Origin: Phycisphaerae bacterium
Lineage (GTDB): Bacteria > Planctomycetota > Phycisphaerae > SM23-33
Direction of reading: 5' to 3'
Length of the DNA: 64,000 nucleotides
Assembly: GCA_030745875.1 (NCBI GenBank)
Contig: JASLNT010000083.1
Coordinates: 3,501 to 67,500 of the forward strand
The notes under the pieces are model-generated. The model worked only from the letters and a program-made list of their open reading frames with translations, did no database searches and had not been told where the DNA came from. Shown here one piece after another: positions 30,360-40,780 of this stretch; positions within the stretch are counted from its first letter, which is position 1, and every line of letters starts with the position of its first letter. The translations under genes and the position numbers were made by a program.

Positions 30360-31544
30360 TTATTCGGCGCAGGCGTCGCGGACACTTGCAAATGCGTTCA
30401 TTGCCTGGTCGATATCCTCGGTGCTGTGGGCTGCGGATATCTGCACTCGAATGCGGGCCTGGCCCTTGGGCACGACCGGATAGCTGAATCCAATCACGTA
30501 TATCCCCTCCTCCAGCAGCATCGAGGCCATCTTCGTCGCCAGGGCGGCCTGCCCGAGCATGATCGGAACGATCGGATGATCGCCTTGCGGTATATCGAAG
30601 CCTCGCTGGGCCATTCCCGCACGGAAATACTTCGTGTTGGCTTCCAGGCGATCGCGCAGTTCCGTTGATTCAGAGAGGATGTCCAGCACGGCCAGGCTGG
30701 TCGCCGCGATAGCCGGTGCGAGTGTATTGGAAAACAGGTAGGGGCGGCTCCTCTGGCGGAGCAGATCTATGATTTCCTGTCGCCCGGAGGTCAGCCCGCC
30801 CGATGCCCCGCCAAGGGCCTTGCCCAACGTACTGGTTATCACGTCAACGCGTCCCATAACGCCTCTATACTCGTGCGTACCCCGCCCTCGGGCTCCGATG
30901 AAACCCGTCGAATGAGAGTCGTCGACCATTACCGCCGCGTCGTATTTGTCAGCCAGATCGCAAATCGCCTCGAGGTTGGCGATAGTTCCATCCATCGAGA
31001 AAACACCATCAGTGGCGATCATACGCATGCGCGCGCCCGATGCTTCCTTGAGTTTAGCCTCAAGATCGTCCATGTCGCTGGTGGCGAATCTGTATCTTTG
31101 AGCCTTGCACAGGCGCACCCCGTCTATAATGCTGGCGTGGTTCAGTGCGTCTGAGATTATGGCGTCGTCAGGACCCAGGAGAGTTTCGAACAACCCCCCG
31201 TTGGCGTCGAAGCATGAACTGTACAGGATAGTGTCGTCCATACCGAGGAATTCACTCAGCTTGGCCTCGAGTTGCTTGTGCAGTTCCTGCGTTCCGCAGA
31301 TGAACCGCACGCTGGACAAACCGTACCCCCAATGCTCGTAACTGGCCCGGGCCGCTTCGATCACGCGCGGATCGCTGGCCAGTCCCAGGTAGTTGTTCGC
31401 GCAGAAGTTTAATACCTCACGTCCGCCGACCACGGCCACTCGCGCGCCCTGCGGCGTAGACAGTACGCGTTCTTCTTTGTACAGGCCGCCCTGTCTGATT
31501 TCGTTCAGGACGCCTGCGATTACTGTTTTCATTGAATCAAACAT
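30360..31544 (-). CDS. kbl: Glycine C-acetyltransferase (2-amino-3-ketobutyrate CoA ligase)
   Basis: [35 protein letters not shown] and RPYLFSN motifs; next to tdh. Confidence 0.96.
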   Translation of the reverse strand: MFDSMKTVIAGVLNEIRQGGLYKEERVLSTPQGARVAVVGGREVLNFCANNYLGLASDPRVIEAARASYEHWGYGLSSVRFICGTQELHKQLEAKLSEFLGMDDTILYSSCFDANGGLFETLLGPDDAIISDALNHASIIDGVRLCKAQRYRFATSDMDDLEAKLKEASGARMRMIATDGVFSMDGTIANLEAICDLADKYDAAVMVDDSHSTGFIGARGRGTHEYRGVMGRVDVITSTLGKALGGASGGLTSGRQEIIDLLRQRSRPYLFSNTLAPAIAATSLAVLDILSESTELRDRLEANTKYFRAGMAQRGFDIPQGDHPIVPIMLGQAALATKMASMLLEEGIYVIGFSYPVVPKGQARIRVQISAAHSTEDIDQAMNAFASVRDACAE

Positions 31545-31573
31545 GTTTCATTCCTCTTGCGGTGGTTGGCGGG

Positions 31574-32611
31574 CTACTTCTCGGCCCAGTTGAGCACTAC
31601 TTTTCCTGATTGTCCCGACCGCATGACCTCGAAGCCCTCGGCGAAGTCCGTGTAGTCGAACTGGTGGGTGATTATCGGAGAGATGTCCAGACCGTTCTGG
31701 ATCATGGCGGTCATCTTGTACCACGTTTCGTACATCTCGCGTCCGTAGATGCCCTTGATCGTAAGGCTGTTAAACACCACCAGATCCCAGTTGATCTCTG
31801 TTCTCGGGAGGATGCCCAGAAGCGCAACCTTTCCCCCGTGACACATGTTCGCCAAGAGTTCTTCAAAGGCGTTCGGTACGCCCGACATTTCCATGCCAAC
31901 GTCGAAACCCTCCTTCATGCCCAGTTGTTTCTGTGCGTCGGCGATCGATCCTTTGCTTACGTCCAGTGCTATGGTGACGTCGACTTTGCGAGCGAGTTCC
32001 AGGCGATAGGGGTTCACATCCGTGATAACGATATGCCTTGCTCCGGCATGTCTGGCGATAGCTGCGGCCATGATGCCTATAGGCCCGGCTCCGGTGATCA
32101 GGATGTCCTCTCCGAGCATGTCGAAGCTAAGGGCCGTGTGCGCCGCATTGCCCAGCGGATCGAAACAACTGATGATCTCCAGCGGTATATCCGGATCAGC
32201 CGGCCAGACGTTGGTGACCGGGATACACAGATACTCGGCGAATGCGCCAGGGCGATTCACACCTACGCCGCTGGTGTTGGGGCACAGGTGGCGCCGTCCG
32301 GCAAGACAGTTGCGGCATCGTCCGCAGACCAAGTGGCCTTCACCGCTGACCAGGTCGCCGGGCTGGTAGTCATGCACATTGTTTCCGAACGCCTCGATAA
32401 CGCCGACGAATTCGTGACCTACGTGCATTGGTATGGGTATGGTCTTTGCAGCCCATTCGTCCCAATTCCAGATATGTACGTCCGTACCGCAGATACTCGT
32501 GCGGAGAATTCGGATCAGCACGTCATTGGGCCCTACCTCGGGCACGGGAACCTCTTCGAGCCACAGCCCCTCAGTCGGGCGAGCTTTTACTAACGCCTTC
32601 ATCATCTTCAT
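31574..32611 (-). CDS. tdh: L-threonine 3-dehydrogenase
   Basis: [31 protein letters not shown] and [13 protein letters not shown] motifs. Confidence 0.96.
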   Translation of the reverse strand: MKMMKALVKARPTEGLWLEEVPVPEVGPNDVLIRILRTSICGTDVHIWNWDEWAAKTIPIPMHVGHEFVGVIEAFGNNVHDYQPGDLVSGEGHLVCGRCRNCLAGRRHLCPNTSGVGVNRPGAFAEYLCIPVTNVWPADPDIPLEIISCFDPLGNAAHTALSFDMLGEDILITGAGPIGIMAAAIARHAGARHIVITDVNPYRLELARKVDVTIALDVSKGSIADAQKQLGMKEGFDVGMEMSGVPNAFEELLANMCHGGKVALLGILPRTEINWDLVVFNSLTIKGIYGREMYETWYKMTAMIQNGLDISPIITHQFDYTDFAEGFEVMRSGQSGKVVLNWAEK

Positions 32612-32840
32612 TGAACATCTCCTGTCCGGCTGTTTTCACTGCAGCCGGGGGTATTTGGGCCATCTTATCACCAACTGACGATTCTGCAAGTTACTATTGG
32701 ATGGCAATATCAGTTACGATGGCGGTTTGGTTATTCCCGATTGAAAAGGTGTATATTCTGCGGGTTCTTGTGAGCAATTGGGGGTGCGACAAATAATTTT
32801 CCATTGGCCAACCAGCGGCTTGCGCATATACTAATGTTTG

Positions 32841-33608
32841 ATGTCGGAATCGCAATATCCAACAAGGGTTGTAGTCGAGCAGACTGCACAAGGGGCAACA
32901 GAATTTGTGGCGGATCTGGTGCGCAAGATCATCTGTGACTCTGTTGACAGGAACGGTTCGTGTAAGATTGCGTTGGCGGGCGGGACTACTCCCCATGCAC
33001 TTTATAAGCAGTTGGCCCGAGAGGGCGTCAGCAGCGATGTGCCATGGCAGGAAGTGGATGTGTTTTTTGGTGATGAGCGAGATGTTCCGCACGATCATGT
33101 GGAGAGCAACTTCCGTATGGCCCAGCGTGCGTTGCTGGATCACGTACCGGTGAGTCCCGGGCGCGTTAATCCCATGCCCGCCGACAGCGACGACCTGCAC
33201 GGTGCGGCCGAGCGATACGAACAGCTTATTCGGGAGAGAGTGCCCACGCTTCCCGACGGGATCCCCAGTTTCGATCTGATTCTACTGGGCATGGGCGGGG
33301 ACGGACACACCGCCAGCCTGTTCCCTTTTACCGATGCTCTTGCTGAAAGAGAGCGGTTGGTTGTTTCGCACTTCGTTCCGGTTTTGGGGCGAAGAAGAAT
33401 GACGTTCACGTTTCCGCTGATAAACGCTGCCCGGAATATCGTGGCGTTGGTGACGGGCGCCGACAAGGCTGAAGCCATTTCAATTATCTTGGGCGATGAC
33501 GAAGAACTGCGAGCGGACCTGCCGTTTTCCATGATCCGGCCGACTTCAGGGGAGTTCCGCCTTGTGATGGACATCAACGCGTCGCGACTAGTGGAAAAAC
33601 ACGCATGA
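32841..33608 (+). CDS. pgl: 6-phosphogluconolactonase
   Basis: ALAGGTTP, FFGDERDVP, SNF, LLGMGGDGHTASLFP and RMTFT motifs. Confidence 0.93.
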   Translation: MSESQYPTRVVVEQTAQGATEFVADLVRKIICDSVDRNGSCKIALAGGTTPHALYKQLAREGVSSDVPWQEVDVFFGDERDVPHDHVESNFRMAQRALLDHVPVSPGRVNPMPADSDDLHGAAERYEQLIRERVPTLPDGIPSFDLILLGMGGDGHTASLFPFTDALAERERLVVSHFVPVLGRRRMTFTFPLINAARNIVALVTGADKAEAISIILGDDEELRADLPFSMIRPTSGEFRLVMDINASRLVEKHA

Positions 33609-33618
33609 TCGGCGCCTG

Positions 33619-34662
33619 CTAATCGGCGGCGTCATTTTTTCGCATCGCCAGCGCTCCGGTCGGACAAGCCTCCACGCATCGTGCCCCCGCTTTCTGAAGC
33701 GCTTGGGAAACATCTCTGTCCAACGCCGGCGCCACCTGGACGCCGAAGCCTCTGCCCACGAACGACAGTGCGTACTCTTCACCCTCCTGTGCGGTGATTC
33801 GCACACACAGACCGCAGCAGATGCACTTGCCCGGTTCGTAGATAACGTCGGGATGTTCGAGATTCTGCATGAATTCGCGGCGTTCGGTTCGGAAGTGTGC
33901 AGGTTTGGCTTGGTAGGCTTCGCTGTAGTCGCGGAGTCTGCAGTTGTCGGCTTTTCGGCAGTCGCAGTGCATGCAGCGTTCGGCTTCGGCGGCGGCTTCA
34001 GCGGGGGTGTATCCGGTGCTCGGATCTGCGGGGATTACTTGAGGATCAGGTGATATGCCCACCATGAAGCGCTCCAGTTCCGTTTCGGACAACTTGCCTA
34101 TGTGCACCGAGAAGCGGTGGGCCGCCGGGGCTTGGCTTGCCGTTTCGAGGTCGCCGGCGTGGGCTGCGACATATTTCAGCAGCAGGTCTATCGCGACGGG
34201 CTCATCCTGCCGTGCGCGGCGACACGCTCGCCGCGGTTTTGTCCCGTCAATGTCCGCCAGGCTTCCGGTAAGCAGCCCGGCTGCTGCGGCTGGATCGCCT
34301 GCGGCGATATGACGGATCACTGCGGGGATGTTCGCCTTGTTGGGATCGGCCATCTGGCAGGGGGCGATGCAGTCTCCAACATGGTCGCTGAGAAGCAGTT
34401 CGAGATTAGTCCGCCGCGCGACTTTCACCGCATCGCTGCTGGCGTCGATCCGCATGCCCTCGGCGACCAGGGTTGCGCATGCGGGTACGAGATTCTCGCG
34501 TCCGTCTACGGCGACTACGCAGACCATACACGATGTGCACGCCGGCACGTCGGGCAGAGAGCACATTGTGGGAATCTCGATCGCCAACTCGGCTGCGGCG
34601 TCTACTATGGTGGCGCCGTTGCGGACTTCGATCTCTCGGTTGTCTATGATCAGTTTCGGCAT
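33619..34662 (-). CDS. Fe-S protein, NuoG/HydA N-terminal-like ([2Fe-2S] plus [4Fe-4S]), no catalytic domain
   Basis: IPTMC..CTSCMVC..PAC; H..DCIAPC; ERCMHCDC..NCRL; KCICCGLC..CVEACPTGAL. Only 347 aa. Confidence 0.75.
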   Translation of the reverse strand: MPKLIIDNREIEVRNGATIVDAAAELAIEIPTMCSLPDVPACTSCMVCVVAVDGRENLVPACATLVAEGMRIDASSDAVKVARRTNLELLLSDHVGDCIAPCQMADPNKANIPAVIRHIAAGDPAAAAGLLTGSLADIDGTKPRRACRRARQDEPVAIDLLLKYVAAHAGDLETASQAPAAHRFSVHIGKLSETELERFMVGISPDPQVIPADPSTGYTPAEAAAEAERCMHCDCRKADNCRLRDYSEAYQAKPAHFRTERREFMQNLEHPDVIYEPGKCICCGLCVRITAQEGEEYALSFVGRGFGVQVAPALDRDVSQALQKAGARCVEACPTGALAMRKNDAAD

Positions 34663-34665
34663 GAC

Positions 34666-37020
34666 TTAGTCAATTCGTACTGCGTTTTCGGGGCAGATGG
34701 CTTTGCACGCATTGCAGCGGGTGCATTTTTCGGGATCTATCTCGTGTTTTCGGTAGGGTGTCATTCCAATTGCGTCCGACGGGCACTGCTGGGCGCACAA
34801 TGTGCATCCGATGCAATCGTCAGTGATCGAATAAGTTATTAGGGCCTTGCATCGTCCGGCGGGGCAGCGGCCCTCAAGATGCGCTTCGTATTCCTGGCGG
34901 AAATATTCCAGCGTCGACAGCACGGGGTTTGGCGCGGTCTTGCCCAGTCCGCAGAGGCTGCTCTTCTTCACGCTCCGGGCCAATTCCTCCAGGCGTTCGA
35001 GGTCTCCGTTGCGTCCGTGACCTTCGCACAGTCGGGTCAGGATATCGAGCATGCGGCGCGTTCCGATACGGCAGGGGGTGCACCGTCCGCACGACTGGTC
35101 CTGCGTGAACTCGAGGAAGTACCGCGTGATGTCGACCATGCAGTCCGAATTGTCGAGCACTACAAGTCCGCCGGAACCCATCATTGCGCCCACGCTTGTC
35201 AGGGCTTCGAAATCTACGGTCGTGTCGCTGAGCGTGCCCGGTACGCATCCGCCCGACGGACCGCCTATCTGGACGGCTTTGAATGTATTATCGCCCGCGA
35301 TGCCTCCGCCGATTTCATCGACTATTTCACCTATGGTTATGCCCATCGGCACTTCGATCAGCCCGCCCCGGGCGATCTTGCCCGCCAGCGAGAACACTTT
35401 TGTGCCCTTGGACGTCTCGGTGCCCATTTCGGCGAACGCGTCGGCCCCGTTGCGGATGATCCAGGGCACGGTGGCGAACGTTTCTGTGTTGTTGACGAGC
35501 GTGGGCTTGTCCCACAGACCGCTCTGGGCCGGGAAGGGCGGTCTGAGCACGGGCATGCCTCGCTTGCCCTCGATAGAAGCCAGCAACGCGGTCTCCTCAC
35601 CACAGACGAACGCTCCGGCGCCTTCCATTATCTTCAGGCTCAAGCTATGTCCGCTACCGAGAATGTCTTCGCCCAGCAGACCGCGCTCCATGCATGTGTC
35701 GATCGCCTGCTTCACGCGACGCACAGCCAGCGGATACTCCGCCCGAATATATAGATACCCCTCGTGGGCTCCGACCGTTCGTGAGGCGATTACCATTCCC
35801 TCAATCACTCGATACGGATACGATTCGAGAATCATCCGGTCCATGAACGCGCCCGGGTCGCCCTCGTCACCGTTGCAGACAATGTACTTGGTCGGGTTGT
35901 CCGTCTCGGCCACCAGTCGCCACTTCACTCCGGTGGGGAATCCGGCTCCGCCTCGACCGCGCAGTCCGCTGGCGATCACGGCGTCGATGGTCTCGGCGGG
36001 ATCGGCTTTGGCGAGAATCTGCTTCATCGCGTCGAAACCGCCGTGAGCGATATACTCTTCGATGTCCACCGGATTGATGTATCCGCAGCACTCGGTGGCG
36101 ATGTGTTTCTGTCGAGACAGGAAGTCGGTGACAGGCTTGTCGCGGGGATCTATGTACCTGCGATCCGCTGCGCCCCAGCCCTGATCGGTAAGCAGACTGT
36201 CCACACCATGACGGAGCGTTGCGGTAAGTCTTCCGAATATCCCGGTGGGCTTTATGTGTTTGCGGACGATCGCTTCGGCGTCCTGGGGATCGACTCTGTC
36301 GTACAAGTGCGATGTATTGTCGGGAGTTACTAACTCCACAAGCGGAGTCCGGTGACACATGCCGATGCACCCGACGGGCTTTATGACCGCTTTGGCGTGG
36401 TTTCTTTCGACCGCGTCGCTCATAGCGCGGTATATCTTTTCGCTGCCGCTGGCCACACAGCACGACCCCAGACCGATACGCACCTCCGTCATATCGTTGG
36501 CGACATCGATCCCGATCCCCGAACCGATTTCAGCCGGGTGTTTGTCCGCGGCCGCAAGGAAGTCCTGCAGCATCTTGGGGATGGTGTCGGTTGTGAGATG
36601 TCCGTAAGTCAGGTGATCGATCTGCACGGCCGGGGCGAGCGTGCAGCAGCCCAGACATGCGACTTTCTGCACGGTGAAAAGTTCGTCGGCGTCTGTGTCC
36701 TCACCGTCTGTCAGACCCAGGTGACGATCGAGCGCGTCGTGTATGTCCTGGGCTCCTTTCACGTGACACGCCGTTCCGTGGCATACGCCGATCATATGCT
36801 TGCCCACGGGCTTGTGGCGGAATTGAGTGTAGAAGGTCGATACGCCCGTGACCTGGGCGGGTGTGATGTCGGTGTTGTTGCAGAGGTATTCAAGTGCTTC
36901 GGGAGGCAGGTAGCGGTAGTGGGTCTGGATCGCCTGAAGAATAGCAATCACCGAGTCGGGACCACGCCCGATGCTCCCAATCGCTTCGTCCACGAATTTC
37001 AGGTCAACGTCCTGGCTCAC
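34666..37020 (-). CDS. Fused NuoE-like + thioredoxin-like [2Fe-2S] + NuoF/HydB-like NADH-binding flavoprotein with C-terminal 2x[4Fe-4S]
   Basis: CHGTACH/CLGCC; GRGGAGFP; GDEGDPGAFMDR; CGEETAL; GGPSGG; SCGRCTPCR; CIGCTLC and CTRCNAC. Confidence 0.88.
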   Translation of the reverse strand: MSQDVDLKFVDEAIGSIGRGPDSVIAILQAIQTHYRYLPPEALEYLCNNTDITPAQVTGVSTFYTQFRHKPVGKHMIGVCHGTACHVKGAQDIHDALDRHLGLTDGEDTDADELFTVQKVACLGCCTLAPAVQIDHLTYGHLTTDTIPKMLQDFLAAADKHPAEIGSGIGIDVANDMTEVRIGLGSCCVASGSEKIYRAMSDAVERNHAKAVIKPVGCIGMCHRTPLVELVTPDNTSHLYDRVDPQDAEAIVRKHIKPTGIFGRLTATLRHGVDSLLTDQGWGAADRRYIDPRDKPVTDFLSRQKHIATECCGYINPVDIEEYIAHGGFDAMKQILAKADPAETIDAVIASGLRGRGGAGFPTGVKWRLVAETDNPTKYIVCNGDEGDPGAFMDRMILESYPYRVIEGMVIASRTVGAHEGYLYIRAEYPLAVRRVKQAIDTCMERGLLGEDILGSGHSLSLKIMEGAGAFVCGEETALLASIEGKRGMPVLRPPFPAQSGLWDKPTLVNNTETFATVPWIIRNGADAFAEMGTETSKGTKVFSLAGKIARGGLIEVPMGITIGEIVDEIGGGIAGDNTFKAVQIGGPSGGCVPGTLSDTTVDFEALTSVGAMMGSGGLVVLDNSDCMVDITRYFLEFTQDQSCGRCTPCRIGTRRMLDILTRLCEGHGRNGDLERLEELARSVKKSSLCGLGKTAPNPVLSTLEYFRQEYEAHLEGRCPAGRCKALITYSITDDCIGCTLCAQQCPSDAIGMTPYRKHEIDPEKCTRCNACKAICPENAVRID

Positions 37021-38714
37021 TTGGTTTGTTCCTCAATGCAGTACAGATGCGTCTTGCCCCGAATGTACATCCTGCCCTCGGCAAACGCGGGAGACGTATC
37101 GCAAGCCTCTCCGAGGTCTGCTTTGCCCAGTTCCTTCAACTCGCGTCCCGTTCCCACGATATAGACCTTGCCTTTGCGACTGATCAGGTATATTCGATCG
37201 CCCGCCATTGCAGGCGACGCATAGAATGAAGCCTCGAAATCCTTGTGCCACAATCGCTTGCCAGTCTTGACGTCCAGGCACGAGAACTCGCCCTCAGACA
37301 TCATCCAAACCAGCTTTCCATCGGACAGCGGGCTGCACGTGTCGGGCAGAGATTCATCGAACTCCCACTCGACGTGCGTCTTGGTGACGTCGCCCTTGCC
37401 GTTGGGGCGGATGGCGGCGATTTTCGATGAGACGTTCGTTGCGAACACCAGTCCGGCTGCGTATATGGGCGATGGCCCGCCGTCACCGTCCAGGCAGTCG
37501 ACTCTCCAGATTTCCTTACCGTCTGCGGGATTGTAGGAGATGACAAATGGGTTGGCGCACGTGATGAGTTGATCTCCGGATTCGACCGGTGCGATAATTG
37601 GTGTCGGCCAGGACGAGCCGACGGGTCTTTTTGTCCGCCACAACTCCTCGCCCGTATCCGCATTCAAGCCGATCAGAACGCTGAGTTTGTCGTCTATATC
37701 ACCCTGGTCCAATTGTATTATCAGGTTCTTCTTCCAGAGCACAGGCGAGGACGCGTGTCCGTAGAAGTTGTCCGGCGTACCGATGTGTTTCCGCCATACG
37801 ATTTTTCCGAATACGTCCAGGCACGCCACGTCACCGTTGGCGAACATGACGAATATTCTGCTGTTTTCGGTGTCGATCACGGGCGTGGGTGCTGCGTATG
37901 TCGTATCGTCCTCCATCACGCCTTCGGGCACTTTCTGGCTCTTTTCCTTGTCTCCGGTGATCGATTTACGCCAGGTGATCTTGCCGGAAAGAGCGTCGAA
38001 ACAATAGACTTCGCGCGTCTTCTTGTTAGCTCCGGTAAGGAATACGCTGTTGTCCCATATGGCGGGGGAACTCTGCCCGTTAAGCGGTACGACCACTTTC
38101 CATGCGATGTTCACCCCTTCGACACCATCGAATGTCAGAGGTACGTCGGTGTAGGGCGATATCCCGCTGGCGCCAGGACCGCGGAAGCCCGGCCAGAGCC
38201 CTTTGGCTTGCGATCGAGTGGAGACTTTTCTGGTGAGTATCGGCACGGCCAGTGCGGTCGCCGTTAAAGCTATCGCAATCAAACCAATGCCAACACGCCC
38301 CAGGAGTCCGGAAAGCATGTCGTTGCCGCCTCTGGAGGCTCCTGTAGGCATCGGCGGCTTCTTGCGGGCGGAAATCGCCAATGCGGCGGATCCGGCGAAC
38401 AGGCTCGCTCCGACCAGAAGCAGCCACACTCCCGTCCTCAGTATCCTCCAGGTCCTGAAGAATTCCTTGCGGAGTGCGAGGTCCTCACGGCGGAGTTCAT
38501 CGATGATCGTCTGCGAAGTGGAATCGGCCGCCAACTCGTTGCGAAGCTGTTCCAGTCTCGGGTGGTTTGTTGGGTTGGAAGCTGCATTAATCCGCCATGA
38601 TCTGGCCAGCACGACCGCGACAAACAGCGTGAATGCTCCCGTTACTATGGCCGTTCCCAATGTAGCTCGCCGCCACATCACCGAGCTACTGCTGTTTGAT
38701 GCTGTGCGGTCCAT
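37017..38714 (-). CDS. Membrane-anchored PQQ-binding-like beta-propeller protein
   Basis: Three N-terminal TM helices, WPGFRG, repeated TG..W and SP motifs. ATG 38714 overlaps the upstream stop (TGATG). Confidence 0.8.
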   Translation of the reverse strand: MDRTASNSSSSVMWRRATLGTAIVTGAFTLFVAVVLARSWRINAASNPTNHPRLEQLRNELAADSTSQTIIDELRREDLALRKEFFRTWRILRTGVWLLLVGASLFAGSAALAISARKKPPMPTGASRGGNDMLSGLLGRVGIGLIAIALTATALAVPILTRKVSTRSQAKGLWPGFRGPGASGISPYTDVPLTFDGVEGVNIAWKVVVPLNGQSSPAIWDNSVFLTGANKKTREVYCFDALSGKITWRKSITGDKEKSQKVPEGVMEDDTTYAAPTPVIDTENSRIFVMFANGDVACLDVFGKIVWRKHIGTPDNFYGHASSPVLWKKNLIIQLDQGDIDDKLSVLIGLNADTGEELWRTKRPVGSSWPTPIIAPVESGDQLITCANPFVISYNPADGKEIWRVDCLDGDGGPSPIYAAGLVFATNVSSKIAAIRPNGKGDVTKTHVEWEFDESLPDTCSPLSDGKLVWMMSEGEFSCLDVKTGKRLWHKDFEASFYASPAMAGDRIYLISRKGKVYIVGTGRELKELGKADLGEACDTSPAFAEGRMYIRGKTHLYCIEEQTK

Positions 38715-40006
38715 CAGGAGTCTCCTCCATCCCGGGGCGGTCTGTTGCGCGGGTCTACGGGGCAGAATTCGAAGCATCTTCCACATGCGACGCACGAGGT
38801 CCTGTCGGCTTGATAGTCTTCTCGAGTTCTTCGGGTCGAAAGCGCGATGAGTTTCAGCGCGATGACAAGTCCTATGAACGCTCCGGCCCAGCCTCCGCCC
38901 CGTGCGACATTGCCCCGGATTTCTGCGGCTTCGGTGTCTAGTTCTTCGGTGGATCGCCCTGATTCTCTAAACGCTTGGCTGGCGTCGGTTGTGTCGGACA
39001 CTTCCCGCGCTTCTTCTCGCTTTATGCGTTCGGCCAGGCGGACTGTCGGATGCATTCTCGCCATGGACGGAGCCGTGTACACCATGATCCAGACGCTGCC
39101 GGCGACAATCAGTGGGGCCGCAACCAGCATGCACAGCAATCCAAGCATCCCTCGTTTGCGGTTCTCTGGGAGTTTGTCGATATTTGGCGCCTCTATGGCG
39201 CCGAACGGGCATGCATTTTCGCAGAGTCGGCATTTGATGCACTCGTCGGGTGTGATTGTAACGCGACGCCACGACAGCTTTGACGCCCAACCAAGCAGCA
39301 GTCCGTACGGACAGAGGAAGCGGCAGTACGGGCGACCTACGAACATGCTTATCACCAGGAAACACGCTCCAAGTATCAGCATGCCCGCCGGACCGTTCAG
39401 GCGGAACAACGCTATGAAAGGATCGTAGCGACAAATTACGTATGCGCTGCCCGTGGCCGCAAACAGTACGGCGAGCGCCAGGTAAACGCAGGGCAGTATT
39501 CCCAACGCGTGACGAAGCAATCCCGGCAGGCGAAACGGGCGGAAGAGAACGAGTTCCTGCATCGCGCCCAGCGGACATACCGACGCGCAGAACGCTCTAC
39601 CGAAGAACAGCGTGAATACTAGCGGAAGGATGAAGAATACAATCACCCCCAGCGATATTACGGCGGCGGGATTAAAGACCGCCTCGGCCATCGACTGGAT
39701 TGCTCCGATCGGGCAGACGCAGCCCTGTCGATAGAAGCCGAAGTAAACCAGTGAAGCGACGCACAGCATCCATATGCCTTTGCGACTGCGTAGCTTAAGT
39801 GCAAGGAATGCTGCGAGCGTGAGCGCAGCAGCCAGTATTGCGATATCCACAATTGGTGGGATTTCGTGCGTGATTTCCGGCATGGACGCAGGCGGCTGGA
39901 CGTAGTCCGAGCCCAGGTCCGGGGGCGGATACTTGAACGCTTCCTTGCCCGAGGCCCCGACAGCCGTCGACAGAAGCACCAGAATGCCGGCTGCGATGAG
40001 TCTCAA
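38714..40006 (-). CDS. Polytopic membrane Fe-S protein (NapH/NosR/RdxA-like)
   Basis: CVCPIG, FCASVCPLG and YCRFLCPYG motifs; CIKCRLCENACP and CVACGRCFEFCP. TTG start overlaps the upstream TGA. Confidence 0.82.
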   Translation of the reverse strand: MRLIAAGILVLLSTAVGASGKEAFKYPPPDLGSDYVQPPASMPEITHEIPPIVDIAILAAALTLAAFLALKLRSRKGIWMLCVASLVYFGFYRQGCVCPIGAIQSMAEAVFNPAAVISLGVIVFFILPLVFTLFFGRAFCASVCPLGAMQELVLFRPFRLPGLLRHALGILPCVYLALAVLFAATGSAYVICRYDPFIALFRLNGPAGMLILGACFLVISMFVGRPYCRFLCPYGLLLGWASKLSWRRVTITPDECIKCRLCENACPFGAIEAPNIDKLPENRKRGMLGLLCMLVAAPLIVAGSVWIMVYTAPSMARMHPTVRLAERIKREEAREVSDTTDASQAFRESGRSTEELDTEAAEIRGNVARGGGWAGAFIGLVIALKLIALSTRRTREDYQADRTSCVACGRCFEFCPVDPRNRPPRDGGDS

Positions 40007-40578
40007 GAGTTATGCTCCGGGCCTTGTTCCAGCCAGTATGGGTGTTGTGCGGGCCGCCGGACGAACGCCTGGGCCGGGCAGGCGGTGGCGATTGTGCATT
40101 CGTTACAGTTGGTGCAGCGGTCCTGGTCGACCTGGAGGAATAGCGAACCATTGCCCTCCTTGCAGCCTTTCACGCAGATTCCGCACCCCGTGCATCTAGC
40201 GGGATCTATAGTGTATTCATAGCTGTCCTCCACCACGTGCTCGCGGATAATCGCATCGGTGGGGCAGAGTTGGAATTCGACGCCGGCATGACTTCTTGCT
40301 CCGCTGGACCCGGATTTGTAGTATCCGAAACAGAAATTGCATCGTCCGCACTTGGCGAATTCGTGTGCGCATTTGACGGCTGACTCCATCAGCACGCAGT
40401 GCGTGGCGCAGTTTCCGCATGCGGTGCATTTTGTCGGATCTATCTGCCAGACCGATCGCCTGAGCGATACGCCTCTTGCCGCCGCTACCGCCAGAGCGCC
40501 CAGGCCCGCTACGCATACTCCGCGCGTAGTGGTCCGCAGGAAGTTTCTCCGGGTCAGCTTGTTATGTCCGTTACTCAT
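40003..40578 (-). CDS. Twin-arginine polyferredoxin (about 4x[4Fe-4S])
   Basis: TRRNFLR plus hydrophobic stretch; CTACGNCATHC, CGRCNFC, CTGCGICVKGC and CTNCNEC..ACP. Confidence 0.8.
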   Translation of the reverse strand: MSNGHNKLTRRNFLRTTTRGVCVAGLGALAVAAARGVSLRRSVWQIDPTKCTACGNCATHCVLMESAVKCAHEFAKCGRCNFCFGYYKSGSSGARSHAGVEFQLCPTDAIIREHVVEDSYEYTIDPARCTGCGICVKGCKEGNGSLFLQVDQDRCTNCNECTIATACPAQAFVRRPAQHPYWLEQGPEHNS

Positions 40579-40780
40579 TGTGTTGTTTAATGGCGGCTTG
40601 TGCTGCGGGAAGGTCGCATCGCCCAAGGAGCTTGCACGACCTGCAACCCGTCGATTCAGTACATTCGCGCGAAGCTGACCTGCCGGCCAGTATAATCGCT
40701 CCGCCTGCGATAGAGCCCAGGGCGGCGGTTCGCCCCAGGCCGCGGATGAATTCTCTACGCGTTGTAGTCGGGCGTGTCAC
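40571..40780 (-). CDS. Small twin-arginine Cys-rich protein
   Basis: TRREFIR plus TM segment and C-x6-C-x2-C-x5-C; overlaps both neighbouring genes. Confidence 0.65.
   Translation of the reverse strand: MTRPTTTRREFIRGLGRTAALGSIAGGAIILAGRSASRECTESTGCRSCKLLGRCDLPAAQAAIKQHNE

Noticed and set aside
33619-37020. [FeFe]-hydrogenase, formate dehydrogenase or complex I assignment
   Set aside because: No H-cluster motifs, no molybdopterin domain and no other nuo genes are present.
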